This document shows, one piece after another, positions 50,601 to 63,745 of a stretch of 64,000 nt of DNA (its first letter is position 1; each line of letters begins with the position of its first letter). The DNA is from Octopus sinensis. Its lineage: Eukaryota. The translations under genes and the position numbers were made by a program. The stretch is from NCBI RefSeq assembly GCF_006345805.1, contig NC_043013.1, positions 50,964,001-51,028,000 of the forward strand. The letters run 5' to 3'. The notes under the pieces were generated by a model that was not told where the DNA came from, did no database searches, and worked only from the letters and a program-made list of their open reading frames with translations.

Positions 50601-52198
50601 TCTCCGTATACTTGTATTGATGTAAAACTACACAAACATGAAGATTTAAATTATTTTACTTTCAGAATTAAACAAACTTTCTCGAGAGTTCTCCCCACGC
50701 AACTCATCTCTTGGATTGCCAATTTTAAGATGCCTAATTTCCGTTCTATTACGATTTCTCTATTTTTTGTCTTTTTCTCACTCACTCACGCACTCACTCA
50801 CACACGTCATTGTATCGACCGGATTTGCAGATGTTGTTATTATAGACCGCTGGCCAAGATGTGCTTCCAATTCTTTCTTGATTACGCTCTTTTCCATCTT
50901 GGCCAAAATGGCTTAACTAAATCTTCTTCCCGTCTTGGCCAAAATGGTTTTTACTAAATATCCTTCCCATCCTAGTACAGGCCTTCCGACTGGCCTTCCC
51001 GATCTTTTGGACACCGCTTTGCAACTACACGAGTCCACCTGTTGTTTGTGAACCTTGCGACGAGTCCGGCCCAACGGAACTGGACCTCCCCCCCCCACAC
51101 ACAAGCATCAGCGCGTCGATCAAACGTCATGGTTCGATGAAATAAGAACGAACTCAGTTCTTGACTGAGTTGGATCCATAATCGATACTTCCGCTCCCCA
51201 AACCCTTATGAAATTTCTCGTCTTGTGCCTCTGTTGGAAATTATAATCAATCACGTAGGAACCGTTAACTAATTATAGTTACAATTAGTTAACAGTTCCC
51301 ATATGTCTGCAGAATCTTAAGTGTTTCGAATCCATTATAAGCCATTATATATCCATTGAAAGCCATTATAAATGTTTCACTGAAGGATTACCAGGAATTT
51401 GAGACTTAATTCCAATAAACTTTAAATATCGATCTATTTTGGTGATCGATATAGTAAACTCGTTAGTGTGGCGCTGTTTGTCCAGATTCTGATTTCAAAC
51501 CCCATTGGGATCAGTTTTGCCTTTCAGCCTTTTTAGGGTCGATAAGGTACCATTTCCCAAATAGGAGCGAGCCATCTCTTTCTCTCTTTCCGTCTCTTCT
51601 TCTTTTTGCCTCTCCGTTGAAAATCAGAAATAAGCTCCTGGCATCCCGAGTTCAATTTGTGATCTTTATCGACGATGAGCATTCAGTTGTTCGATCGACT
51701 GAATTCAATCACTTGCTCGTTTGTTCTAAGGAATTATACGAAATGAATGTGTAACTGGCTGAATATTCGGTAGACATGTACGGTTATTGGGATTCTCGGA
51801 AGAATCAGCGTAACACTACGTGACAAAACTGGACCTGGGGTACAAGTACAATGGAGAGAAAGACAAAGAGAAAGAAGGGGAAGGAGAGAGAGAAATTGAT
51901 AAAATTAAATAGGAAAAACGAAAAAAGAGAAAACAAGAAGAACGAAAAAGAGTAAGAAAGTGGGAGAGAACGAGAGAGAAAAATAGAGAAGTAAAAAAGA
52001 CTGGTTTAAAGGCAAAGCTGATTAAAGGTTAAGTTGACCTCAGTGGAATTTGAACTCAGAATCCAGAGAGCCTGAACGAACAGCCACACTTTAACAACTT
52101 AGCCATTATTATGTATTGTTACGTTTTTTTTTTCACACCGTTAACACCAAAAGGTAACATGCGGACGTCACTGTTTTGCCTCCCCTAAACGTCCAACT

Positions 52199-52470
52199 CA
52201 GTGGTTCTCGACCATTTTTTTTTATCAATGGACCCCTTTGATTCCTATTTTTACTCAGATGGACCCTCTTGGCCATTCAGTGTCAAAAAAAAATCATGTT
52301 TTTATAATTAGACATTGTTAGGAACTGAATGAAAAAATTGTTAAATTTTTTTGTGTATTGTAAATGTAAAAGCAATTTATAGCAGATTAAATTTAAACAA
52401 TCTTATATGGATTCCCAAGGGCCATGTGGACTCCCAAGGGCTATATGGACCCCGGTTTGAGAAACCACTG
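52199..52470. mobile_element. hAT-like MITE
   Basis: Ends CAGTGGTTCTC and GAGAAACCACTG; subterminal ATGGACCC repeats; no intact TSD. Confidence 0.6.
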
Positions 52471-53383
52471 AAGGCGAACAAATTCTATTTACGTGGTCTG
52501 ATCGATTTGCTCGACTAAAGGCGGTGCTCCAGCATGGCCGCAGTCAAATGACTGAAACAAGTAAAAGAGTATACAAAGTCATGATGGATCGCAAAATTGT
52601 AATCCATTCTTTCATCGTACCTATCAAGAGTTTCTATGAAGTATTCTTCAGACTGCGACACGGACTTAGTAAATAGACCGGGTTGTAGAAATTGTCGCAA
52701 GGCAAAAGGGGAGTTTCCGCTATTTCATCTCTACGAAGTGAGGTCATTGCTAATCCTTTACTTTGATCTTTCAAGCCTATGATCCGTGATATACAATCCG
52801 TGATCATCCGGTCTTGTATTTCTCGACAAGGAATTATTTCATACATTTTTACTCAAAACTCATTTACTTTGAAGGAGGTTTCACTGCTGTTATTTCAACA
52901 GTTAATTTCCATTTTCATGACCCCGATAGAACAGTCGGAAATACAATTTAGTGCATGAAAATTCCGAAGTATTTCATGCGGACACTCATTCATATTAACC
53001 GTGGGAAATATATGCGGTGAAAGTATATTGAATAAAATTTGCATATTGTGCTATTTGTATGTTTCACCATAACTGCTTTAGATATAGGACATGTCGTAAT
53101 CATATTCATATCACATATTTATAGAATGCACGCTACATTGATTATTGATAAATTATATAACTTTTGGTGAATGAACTTTGATCAGAACGTATTCTGGCAA
53201 TATATGATGTATTGTAACAAGTGCATACCTATTATAAGGAATATATATATATATTATGGCGATGCATTTATCAAATAGAATTTCTGCCATATTTCTTTTA
53301 ACATACTGTTATTTTTGACGGCGCGGGTATACTAGTATAATTGTGCATACTATCTATCACCATCCAAAATCTATCTATCTGTA

Positions 53384-53415
<32 letters not shown>

Positions 53416-54065
53416 CGTCTGTCTATCTATCTATCTATCTGTATATCTAAATTCAAATATATCTATCTGAAATCTATTTAAATCCATCTATCGATTTATC
53501 TGTATCTATTCATATATCTTTCCTTACACAAAAACAAACACAGACATACATCTACAATCTTTCATCATCGTCTAATTCTCTCTCTCTCTCTCTCTCTCTC
53601 TCCACACACACACACACATACACATTTCAAAATCGATCCAACCACTTGTATTGGTAAAATATTCAATAGCCATAATACAGATATTGATATTCCATTCAGC
53701 TTTGTCAAATATCTGCCGTTAAGTTTTACTCAAACACCAACCGACTTTTCACTAAACATTTACATCACCTGATACTATGCAAGAGAACTACGAGAGAAAA
53801 CATAGAATCGGTTTTATTTCTTGTCGGAACCCAAACTATGGAAATTAGTTCTATTGAACTGTTATAATAAGCACCAAGCTTAAACCAATTTCACTGGAAG
53901 TCTAGGAAACTGCTTTGATCATTACATGCAAATAATGGGAATGTACTTGGATAATAGAGATCGTTATTTCACAGCGTCTCTATTGAAACTTGTTACAATC
54001 TAACTACATACGACCACATTTGCATACAGCGTGATAGACTGGTAAATGGCATGGCATTATATATA

Positions 54066-54117
<52 letters not shown>

Positions 54118-54274
54118 ATATATATAAAGTACGTGGTTTCTAGTTCGTACCATTACGCGATAACTTGGCCAAGTGTCTTCTACTATAGCTCTGGCCCGAC
54201 CAATGCCTTGTGAGTGAATTTGGTTGACGGAAACTGTATAGAAGCCTGTCATATGTGTGTGCGTGCGCATATAC

Positions 54275-54312
<38 letters not shown>

Positions 54313-54313
<1 letters not shown>

Positions 54314-54555
54314 GAGGCGCGTGGCTTAGTGGTTAGGGTGTCAGCATCATGATCGCAAGATTGTGGTTTCGATTCCTGGACCAGGCGAGGCGTTGTGTTC
54401 TTGAGCAGAACACTTCATTTCACGTTGCTGCAGTCTACTCAGCTGGCAAAAATAAGTAACGCTGCGATAGACTGACGTCCCGTCCAGCTGGGGAACACAC
54501 ACGCTACTGAAACCGGGAAACCGGGCCCATGAGCTTGGCTAGGCTTTAAAAAGGG
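54313..54555 (+). mobile_element. SINE family C copy
   Basis: GGAGGCGCGTGGCTTAGTGGTTAGGG (A box)...GGTTTCGATTCC (B box)...GTGTTCTTGAGCAG. Confidence 0.75.
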
Positions 54556-54982
54556 CGTAATTATTTTTTATTATATTTATATATTTCAGATACATCGATA
54601 ATGATAGATAGATAATATGAGTTTTGTCCACCCCCACCGATTGAAAACGGTGTTGGCTTTATTACGTCCCCGTAACTTAGCGTTTCAACAAAAGATCGAT
54701 AGAGCTTAATTTGTTCGATTAAGCCATCCGAGGCGATGCCTCACATAATCGCAGTCCGATTACTGGAACAGGTCACAAAGATTATTCATGATGTTTGTAA
54801 TGGGTTTTTCCCTCGGTTTCTGTCTACCAGATTCCACGCCCGAGCTAGTGGTCGGCACAAGACTAATATAAAAGACAAGTACGCCATCTGCCGGGTGCAG
54901 TGGGATCGAACTTGGTATCTTGCGCTGGCAAAGCTAACTTCTTAACCACACAACTGTCTTTGCCTGTATGTCTGACTGCCTG

Positions 54983-55021
<39 letters not shown>

Positions 55022-55237
55022 AACACTCGGAATTTTCAAGCACATGCTCCCATATACACACATACTTCGATTATCGCTGATGTTACGTTCCAATCACCAC
55101 CGCGATAATCCGCTAAGTAGAAACAGTACTCTACTGTATAATTTATTATTATTATTATTATTATTTTTGTTTGTATACATTTATTTTGCAATAAATGCAA
55201 AACAACACTACAGTGGAATCGACGTAAACTTAAATAA

Positions 55238-55613
55238 GGCCCGAAATTTTGGGGGTGGGAGCCAGTCAGTTAGATCAATCCCAGTACGAAATGGTACTTA
55301 ATTTATCGACCCCGAAAGGATGAAAGGCAAAGTCGACCTCAGCGGAATTTGAACTCAGAACTTAAAGACAGACGAAATACATATTTCTTTACTACCCACA
55401 AGGGGCTAAACACAGAGGGGACAAACCAGGACAGACAGACGGATTAAGTCGATTATATCGACCCCAGTATGTAACTGGTACTTATTTAATCGACCCCGAA
55501 AGGATAAAAGGCAAAGTCGACCTCGGCAGAATTTGAACTCAGAACGTAACGGCAGACGAAATACTGCTAAGCATTTCGCCCGGCGTGCTAACGTTTCTAC
55601 CAGCTCGCAGCCT
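55238..55613 (-). mobile_element. Dimeric SINE family B copy
   Basis: Same two-unit arrangement as 38335-38715. Confidence 0.85.
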
Positions 55614-57592
55614 TCGTAAACTTAAATAGTAAACCGCGACATGGCGAGGGATTACTGATGTTTTGCAAACAACTTGCACATGCAAGTGTTTCCAGTCGAG
55701 AACTCCGCCTAGCGGAAGCCAGTAAGTGTACGGGGTCATCAGGAGAGAATGTGCGCCGTTTCGAGGCCTACCTCTCGACGGCATCAATGCACACCAGCCC
55801 CCCTCACTGATATGAGGCCCCACTTGCTAGATCAACTGGTTATTAAATGTAGCTCAATATTTCTCTAGCCATCGCTCATCAGTGGTTAGCCTTCTCCACG
55901 GTAGTTTGGAGATCGGTCATCGTTGTATTTATTGCTGAATCTTATGAAATAAGGAGACAAATTGCTTGAACGTTGTTTGAACGTTCAAATACCTCGCAGT
56001 ACCTGTTCAGTGTTTCTTTTCTTTTTTGTCCAATGGGATAAAAAGCAAAATGAGAAATCGAAGCCATCAACTTTCGGTGAGAATCGGGGAGAAATCGGTC
56101 ATCAGCTTTCCCCTTTCAGAAATCAGTAAACATAAAACTATTCCAGAGCAGTGGAACGATGGGGTAACTAGAACAAGCATCGAACAACCTTGTCGTCTTT
56201 TCTCATTGTATTAACAGTTTTGTATTCTAATAGTAATGCTTGCCATTAAACGGATTTCATCCTACATTGATCTTTGATGTTTCCTTGAACTACATTGAAG
56301 GAGGCGGCTGAGAAGAAGAGAGACATTCTTTCAAAGGCAACTGTTTTTCTTCCGTAACGAGTATTGAAAAGGTAATCACTTTGGAGATCATTTTGCAGGT
56401 ACAGATTCATAGCCTCATGTGGTCCAAAAAGGGACCCCGATACATTTTCGATATATGAGATATGACAACGTAATCTATGCTTTAGAAAACAGAGTTACAG
56501 AAATGCTTTGGAAGAAGATGGTATATGTTCGAAGATATCAAAGGAAATATTGAAATTATCCCAGATTTTGAGCCAAACGCTTCACGTGTTTAATATGACC
56601 TTTAATGGCTATAGAGATTGTATAAGCACACAGCAATTAAATATTGTAGTACGAAATACGGTGAATCTTGTTGGAAAAGATGAAACCAAGCATCGATTTT
56701 TCTCTAAACCGAAAACCAAGCTGCGCGAGACCGAAAACATTAAACAGCTTCGACTTTACAAGTTCTCTCGTAGGAATAACTGTAAGTGACTTAACATTTT
56801 ATATTGCTCAACTTCTTAAGGAAGGGTAGTGATAAAATACCTAAGCTGTATCTCGTATGAAGCTTTATATTTATGATATATAAGTCAATACAGCGCTGAA
56901 TGTCATAAAAGCAGAGCTGTGTAAATCTGTGTACAGTTATATGTTATTGACTGCAAATATATTTACATAGCACTGTCCTTGTGATATTGAATGCTTTGTA
57001 ATAATTTATATATTGGAAACAATCAGCATTATATCACTTCAGTGTATAGCTAGAATATATCCGACAGGAAATAGAACGGTATAAGACAATAATTTATTTA
57101 TATTACGACTTGTAAATGCATAAACCTCGTCATGATACGTTTCTGCCGCTGGCAGCTTTGCTTCTTTTCCAGACAAAGGAAGCCTCGATTTGATATCTTC
57201 TATAAAAGGAACTGTATTCTGAATTATTATCAATACTCTAAGTACATTTATAAAATCCCGTTCTTCCCTAAAAGTCGTAATAAAGGAAACTTCAGATCTA
57301 AAGTTTGCAGCGATCTTAATAAACATTAAATTTTATAATTTTTTAAACATATATTACAATGGCAAGAAATTGCAATGACCATGGAACTTGTAGGATCTCT
57401 ATGAATGTTGAGAGGGAAAGAGAATGTTACCTCAAACCCGAGCCTTCTTTTAGACGCTTGCAACAGAATGGACCCTACTTAAAGCATCTGATAACCCGGT
57501 GGTTATGTTTAAACCCAGCAACAGACCAAGTGAACCACTCTCACTATACGGATATACAATGCTCTTCCTTAGTATATTTAAACGTATAAATG

Positions 57593-57993
57593 GAATCTTT
57601 TCACTTTGACCGGTAGATTTTAAAAATAATTTTTGGTAACTAAACACTTTTAAACTTCGTATACTGGTAGAATGTGTCACATAAAATATCTTTTTCTCTT
57701 GGCGTTCTTGAGAAAATTCTGTAGTTTGTAAGTTATTTGTTGTTAAATTTCTCGTATTTCGGCAATTTCAATCAATCAATGACGTCTATTGAGGTGAATA
57801 CAATTACTGCTGCTGTTTGTCAACAAGAAGTTCCGGCGGTGTATATTTCGTTTGTCACTGTTTACAGAATTTTCTCAAGAACGCCAAGAGAAAAAGATGT
57901 TTTATGTGACACATTCTACCAGTATACGAAGTTTAAAAGTGTTTAGTTACAAAAAATCATTTTTTAAATCTGCCGGTCAAAGTGAAAAGATCC
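57593..57993. mobile_element. MITE with ~131-bp TIRs and 8-bp TSD (Merlin- or Mutator-like)
   Basis: 57593-57723 is the reverse complement of 57863-57993. Termini G(A/G)ATCTTTTCACTTTGACCGG; TSD TATAAATG (57585-57592 and 57994-58001). Confidence 0.9.
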
Positions 57994-58824
57994 TATAAAT
58001 GTCCAGCAAAGCCCTCCACACACACACAATGCAATTAACTGATGCTACGAAGCAGTTTTGTGTGATTGATAAAACTTAAATTTTTGCAAAGCGAAACAAA
58101 AGAAAAAATATTGATTTTAACGATCAAATTTTTAAAATAAAATACGAACTGAAAGTAGAACCAGTTTCAAGATTTATTTATTTTGTCCTTTAGTTCTTAT
58201 GTTCAATGTAATCTTTGGCTATTTAGATGGCTTTGTAGAAAAAAGTTCGTTCCTCCACCACATGGCTTCGCGTTCCGTCCTATTGCGCTGCAGTCTATAC
58301 AGGTGCCTTCCCCCGTAATCTCAGTTCGTTGGTTTACACGAAAACTGTGCAGAAACCAGTCTCTATCTCTCTCTTTCATTCTCTCTCAGATTATTGCTTC
58401 CAAATTTTGGCATATGGTCAGCATTTTCGGGGAAAGGATAATTCGATTGCTACAATTCTAGCATTTCAGAGGTTCTTATCTCATCGACACCGAAAGGATG
58501 GAAGACAAAATCGACCTCGGCGGAATTTGAATTCAGAACGTATTGTCAGAAGAAATGCTACTAAGCATTTTGTCTAGCGCGGTAACGATTCTGCCAGCCT
58601 GTCGCCTTTATTTCTCGGGTTATTACAAAGTGAAATTTGAAGCATAAATCTTATTTTTATTATTATGGCCGGGGTTCAGCCCGGGCTGTAGCAACAAAGT
58701 TCCCTCGCTACACTTCTCGGTCCATCATCACTGCTTCGGGGTCCTGGATACATTCCAGGCCAGTGTCTGAGATCAAACAGTCGACGTGTGTGACGACGTT
58801 TTCCTCTTCTTGCATCATCATGAA

Positions 58825-59241
58825 GGCGCAGGAGTAGCTGTGTGGTAAGTAGCTTACTTACGAACCACAGGGTTCCGGGTTCAGTCCCACTGTGTGACAC
58901 CTTGGGCAAGTGTCTTCTACTATAGCCTCGGGCCGACCAAAGCCTTGTGAGTGGATTTGGTTGACAGAAACTGAAAGAAGCCCGTCGTATATATATATAC
59001 ATATATATACGACGGGCTTCTTATCTGCGTATCTATATGTTTGTGTGTGTGTTTGTCCCCCCAACATCGCTTGACAACCGATGGTGGTGTGTTTACGTCC
59101 CCGTAACTTAGCGGTTCAGCAAAAGAGACCGATAGAATAAGTAATAGGCTTACAAAGAATAAGTCATGGGTTCGATTTGCTCGAATAAAAGACGGTGCTC
59201 CAGCATGGCTGCAGTCAAATGATTGAAACGAGTAAAAGAGT
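58825..59241 (+). mobile_element. SINE family A full-length copy
   Basis: As 4477-4932. Confidence 0.85.
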
Positions 59242-60212
59242 ATGAAGTGGGATCCACAAAACTAAATTGGATTCTTCCTGCTCAGGGTGGCACACGCAGT
59301 GACCAGATAGCCGCAGCCGTCTTTGCCTCATCTTCTCGCTAACCTTCGGTAGGTCTCCATAAAGTCATAAAACTCAAGGCTACTCAGAGGCACCAAATTG
59401 GCAAACATGTTACAGCATGGCTAGAATACCTTGTGGTATTTGTTTGGACCGAGTTCAAAGCCCGCCAATATCAACTTGGCGCTAAGTTTGAAGATAAATA
59501 AGTGCAGGCATTGCTGTGTACTCAAGGAAGAAACTCGCTTTGATTCCAGTTTCAGTCACACTGCGTGGAACTTTGGGTAAGCGTCTTTTAGTATGACCCT
59601 GGACCAAGGAACCTAGTACGCGGAAACTGATAGAAAAATGACAACCCACCACGCTGGATTTGCAGAGCTTAAAAGATGGCATACGAGTCGTTTTGTAACT
59701 TCTAATTCGGCTCTTGGCCTTCTAGGACGAACGCCTTAAACAATACTAGTGCCAATCTGCTGCAGTCCATATATGGCCTTCCCTCTGAGTAAAAATCACT
59801 GGCGAAGAGGGGAGAGAAAACTTGGATGTTTGGGCAACTGTTAATTTTCTTCAAAAGTAATCTTTCCTAGGCCCGCACATAAGTGCGAAGAAGTATGGTC
59901 AACGCTGGCCGACGGAGGCCCTATATAATATAATTTCATATTTAGTATAGAGGATACACACATTCTCCCCAGAACAGTCATGTTTAATATGTTCTAAGAT
60001 GGTACTTTGTTTCTTGTGGTATTATATATATTTTTGATATGAAGCTAACATTTGCCATTTACCAAATTGAAATCAAAACACTTTTGACCTTTGTGGTTTA
60101 AGTCAAAACCAAAAGGTAAAGTTTGTGACTTCGCCAGTATAGTTTGGCTTCCATTTGCTTGCAGATATTAAATAAGCAAAACAAAGTTTAAATCAGTTTA
60201 AAACTCGTACAA

Positions 60213-60276
<64 letters not shown>

Positions 60277-61185
60277 ATTTGAGAAGTTTTCTTGGTTTCA
60301 ATTGAAAATAATTTAATAAAAAACTGTAAAATAACGAAACAAACTAGACACACAGACAGACACGAGTTCAACTAGCGGAAGTCGGGTTACTACTAACCTA
60401 ATCAAACATCGTAAATATAACTTCTAGCAGTTTATAAGGTTGTCCAGTTGATATCGTGTATAAAATGGTCATAAGGCCACAACTTAATTAGAGTGGTTGA
60501 CACACAAACACACTCCTGTATATATTAACACATTCACAGATATACATGCATACATACACAGAGATTCATGTCTACGCGCACTCGCAGATTAAAATTATGT
60601 TTATCTATAAAAGCAACCAACATAAACTAAATACAGAAGTCAATACAACACTGTGTGTGTGTCCACCCGCGGGTTGACAACTGATATTCATTTGTTATGT
60701 GCCCGTAACATAGCGGTTGAGTAAAAAATACCGATAGAACAAGAACATATATATATATATGTATATATGCACGCATAGAGACATACGAATATGTACATAT
60801 ATCTATACGTATATATATGAGCATATGTGGGTACATGACGTCATGAAACGTGTACAGCAAAAAATACGAAGGCACGAGTACATGGAACATGAACTATTCT
60901 TTTGTACAACGAAAGACACAAATCGAAAACAAAATAACAACATAAAGAACGACCCTTCATCAGTTGTTGGCTGTTTTTCTACTCTCGTATTTCGAGCATT
61001 TAACAACAATATACGCTTTCGATTAGGCAGTTGCTCTTACAAAGCAAATTAAATAAAATCTGGGATTTTGCGGAGGGTCAAAGTAGGTGAAGAAAGATAG
61101 CCGATGGTTACGTAAGCAAAAGAGGAAGGAGGAAGAGAGACAGAGTAACAAGAAAGAATAGTGGCAGAAGCAGAGGTAAAAGAAT

Positions 61186-61217
<32 letters not shown>

Positions 61218-61514
61218 AAAACGAAAGAGTAAAAAGATCGTATAGGGTGTGCATCCCGGGGTTGGCCAAAAGTCACCCGGCAGTAAATCAAAATTCCATA
61301 AATACTATCCTTAATTCTGTATTGACTCGAATGGAAAAATGTTTCGCTTAAGAAAGATTTCAGTCTTTTCATGATGTTCCATATTTAGACACTTTTTGTT
61401 AAATTCATTCACTTATTAAGCATAAAAATATCTTGGAATTAAACGGTTTTGATTTACTGTCAGGTGAGTTTTGGGCAACCATGTGTGTATGCATGTGTAT
61501 GTATATTTCGGATC

Positions 61515-61845
61515 GGAGACGCCCTTCGGTCACGAATGATCATGGGATTGCACCTAGAAAGTTACTCTCCCAGGCAAAAGTTCGGGCAAGGTTGTTTATG
61601 GAAGACCAGCAGTCGCCCATGCATACCAGCCTCCCTTCTCCATGCCATCGATGTTATCCAAGGGAAAGGCAAAGGGGCCGATACAGCTTGGCACCAGTGA
61701 CGTCACAACTCATTTCTACAGCTGAGTTAACTGGAACAACGTGAAATAAAGTGTCTTGCTCAAGAACACAACACGCAGCCCGGTCCGGGATTCGAACTAA
61801 CAACCTCACGGTAGTTAGTTCGACGCTCTAACCACTGAGCCATAT
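61515..61845 (-). mobile_element. SINE family C-related copy
   Basis: Minus head TGGCTCAGTGGTTAGAGCG...GTTCGAATCCC; body matches 16325-16570. Confidence 0.75.
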
Positions 61846-62547
61846 ATAAGAGAGAACGAGAGAGAGAATCAGCGAGTGAGATCCAGAGATGTCCAGTATA
61901 GAAAACAAGTTGTGGTGCTCAAATGATTTGTACTCGGAAGTCTGCGGGATAAAATGTGGTTAATATATATATATCTAAAGGCTTATACATGAATGTTCAT
62001 CTTCTGAATATTTTCAGTTTCTCTCTTTCTTTATATATATATTTATATTATATAGAGGGTACTATTATTCATAGGTACTGCACGCTAGGAGGGACTTTTG
62101 CTGTCAAAACTACAAAATTAAACAAATTGTACCGAATGCAAAACTTCAAAGCGAGTCATTTAAAAACAGAATTTAGTTACATATCACCTGTGATTTCGCA
62201 ATCAATGCAGAATATGCATTCTATGCTCTTCAGTGCAACGAACGCAAGACATAAGAAAAAAAACAACATCACATACCCGACAACCAACCGTAGAATTCGC
62301 CGCAGCATGTACGAATGTTTATCTTTACATATCTATGAAAATGGCGGGCTTTTTCGCAAATATATATACGAGTAGGTATGGACATGCGCGCTTTCGCGAA
62401 CACTATGAACTTTTTTACCCCCTTATTTTTACTCCCTCCCCTCACTTAGCGGTCATTCTAATAGCTCTTTTGTCTTAATAACGGTCAATTACACAATTAT
62501 TTCCCTTTGTTTAACGGTCATTTTCATAGCATTTTTTCCAATGGCCG

Positions 62548-62608
62548 GATAACTGAAGAGATGGCGGCGTGGATTTCCACCTCGGCATCCGAAACTCGGA
62601 GTTGTATC
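62548..62608 (+). ncRNA. Type-I hammerhead ribozyme motif with long stem II
   Basis: GAUAA-CUGAAGA-GAUG.CG..GUGG-auuu-CCAC..CG.CAUC-c-GAAA-CUC-g-GAG-UU-GUAUC. Stem I GAUA/UAUC with one A.G mismatch; (TA)n follows about 100 nt downstream. Confidence 0.65.
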
Positions 62609-62723
62609 ATGGCTACCGGATAATTGTCACATATTACATTTACAGATAAATTCCTCTATTTACATAATATCGAGGTTTCTTTCATTCTTTTGTTGTCTTA
62701 CCATTTATATCAATATATATATA

Positions 62724-62766
<43 letters not shown>

Positions 62767-62874
62767 ACTCTATGAATATTTTCTTTTATATATGTATGTA
62801 TATTTATCAAGCTCGAGCGTGTTTATTTGTTATAATCCTATATATATTTACATGTATAGAACCCTGTATATTTT

Positions 62875-62923
<49 letters not shown>

Positions 62924-63745
62924 CACAAGCGTGTTTATTTGTATCATTATCTGTGTGTATGTGTGTGCGTGTATATATATATATATATATATTCACACAC
63001 GCACATACGTATTTCTGTAAGCAACGAGCCCTTAAGTGAGTCTTCCAAAACAAAGATTATATTTACTTCACACAAACGAACGTTCTCCATTTCACCGACT
63101 TTTGTCAAACGACATCATATATGTATTTCAAAATACAGTCTTAATCCCTTCTCTAATTAGAATCCCCTGCTATCATAAACAGCATGTTAGTTCGTTTCTT
63201 TCTTTCCCTATTCCCTATTCCTCTGACATATACGCGAGATATAGTGTCACTCTGGCTTTATTTAATATCTCCTTGCATCGTACAATGAATTCAAACAAAA
63301 GGTTTCTTAGCAGAACAGAACACATACAAGAGCAACAAGCGTACATTCATCCGTTCGCCTCTTACAAATATTACATATAATGCCGTATACGAATATGTCG
63401 GTATGATTTTTACTTAAATGGTTGACGAAACCTTTTCATATGATATCCATCAAAAACTTAGACTACAAAGTAAAACACACACCAAATCTTTATGATGCAT
63501 GACGGCATTCTGACCAAAATTCTTCACTTAATTTACCATTTCCGATGCGATAAGAATAAGTATCAAAGCATCACAATCTGGAATATATTAAGTTGGGTTA
63601 TTCTAGAAGTTTCTTACAGAAACATTGATTAGTTTTGAGATTTGGCCTCTTGTATTTCTCTCCTTCAATATCATATTATTCAGGGGACTCGATTTCATAT
63701 AGTTTTCAAATGACTGACTTTTGTGTGTGTGAGCGTTTGTCTTCT

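Noticed and set aside
53315-53336. Helitron-like 3' end (GCGCGGGTATACTAG|T)
   Set aside because: No complete hairpin or matching 5' TC end identified.
54313-54385. tRNA gene (also 29353 and 61780-61845)
   Set aside because: A/B boxes present but they run on into SINE bodies and no clean cloverleaf is evident; treated as SINE heads.
55850-55890. Minus-strand CUGAUGA-GC-gaug-GC-uaga-GAAA hammerhead-like string
   Set aside because: Only a 2-bp stem II with extra bases and no stem I; compatible with chance.
55960-57330. Possible decayed GIY-YIG or transposase coding remnants (e.g. HQLSVRIGE)
   Set aside because: Motifs too short and interrupted to assign without a TBLASTN/HMM search.
60940-61030. 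Minus-strand GAAA...CAACAA-CUGAUGA as a permuted hammerhead
   Set aside because: Stem I could pair but stems II and III are unconvincing; possibly a PLE remnant but not supportable.
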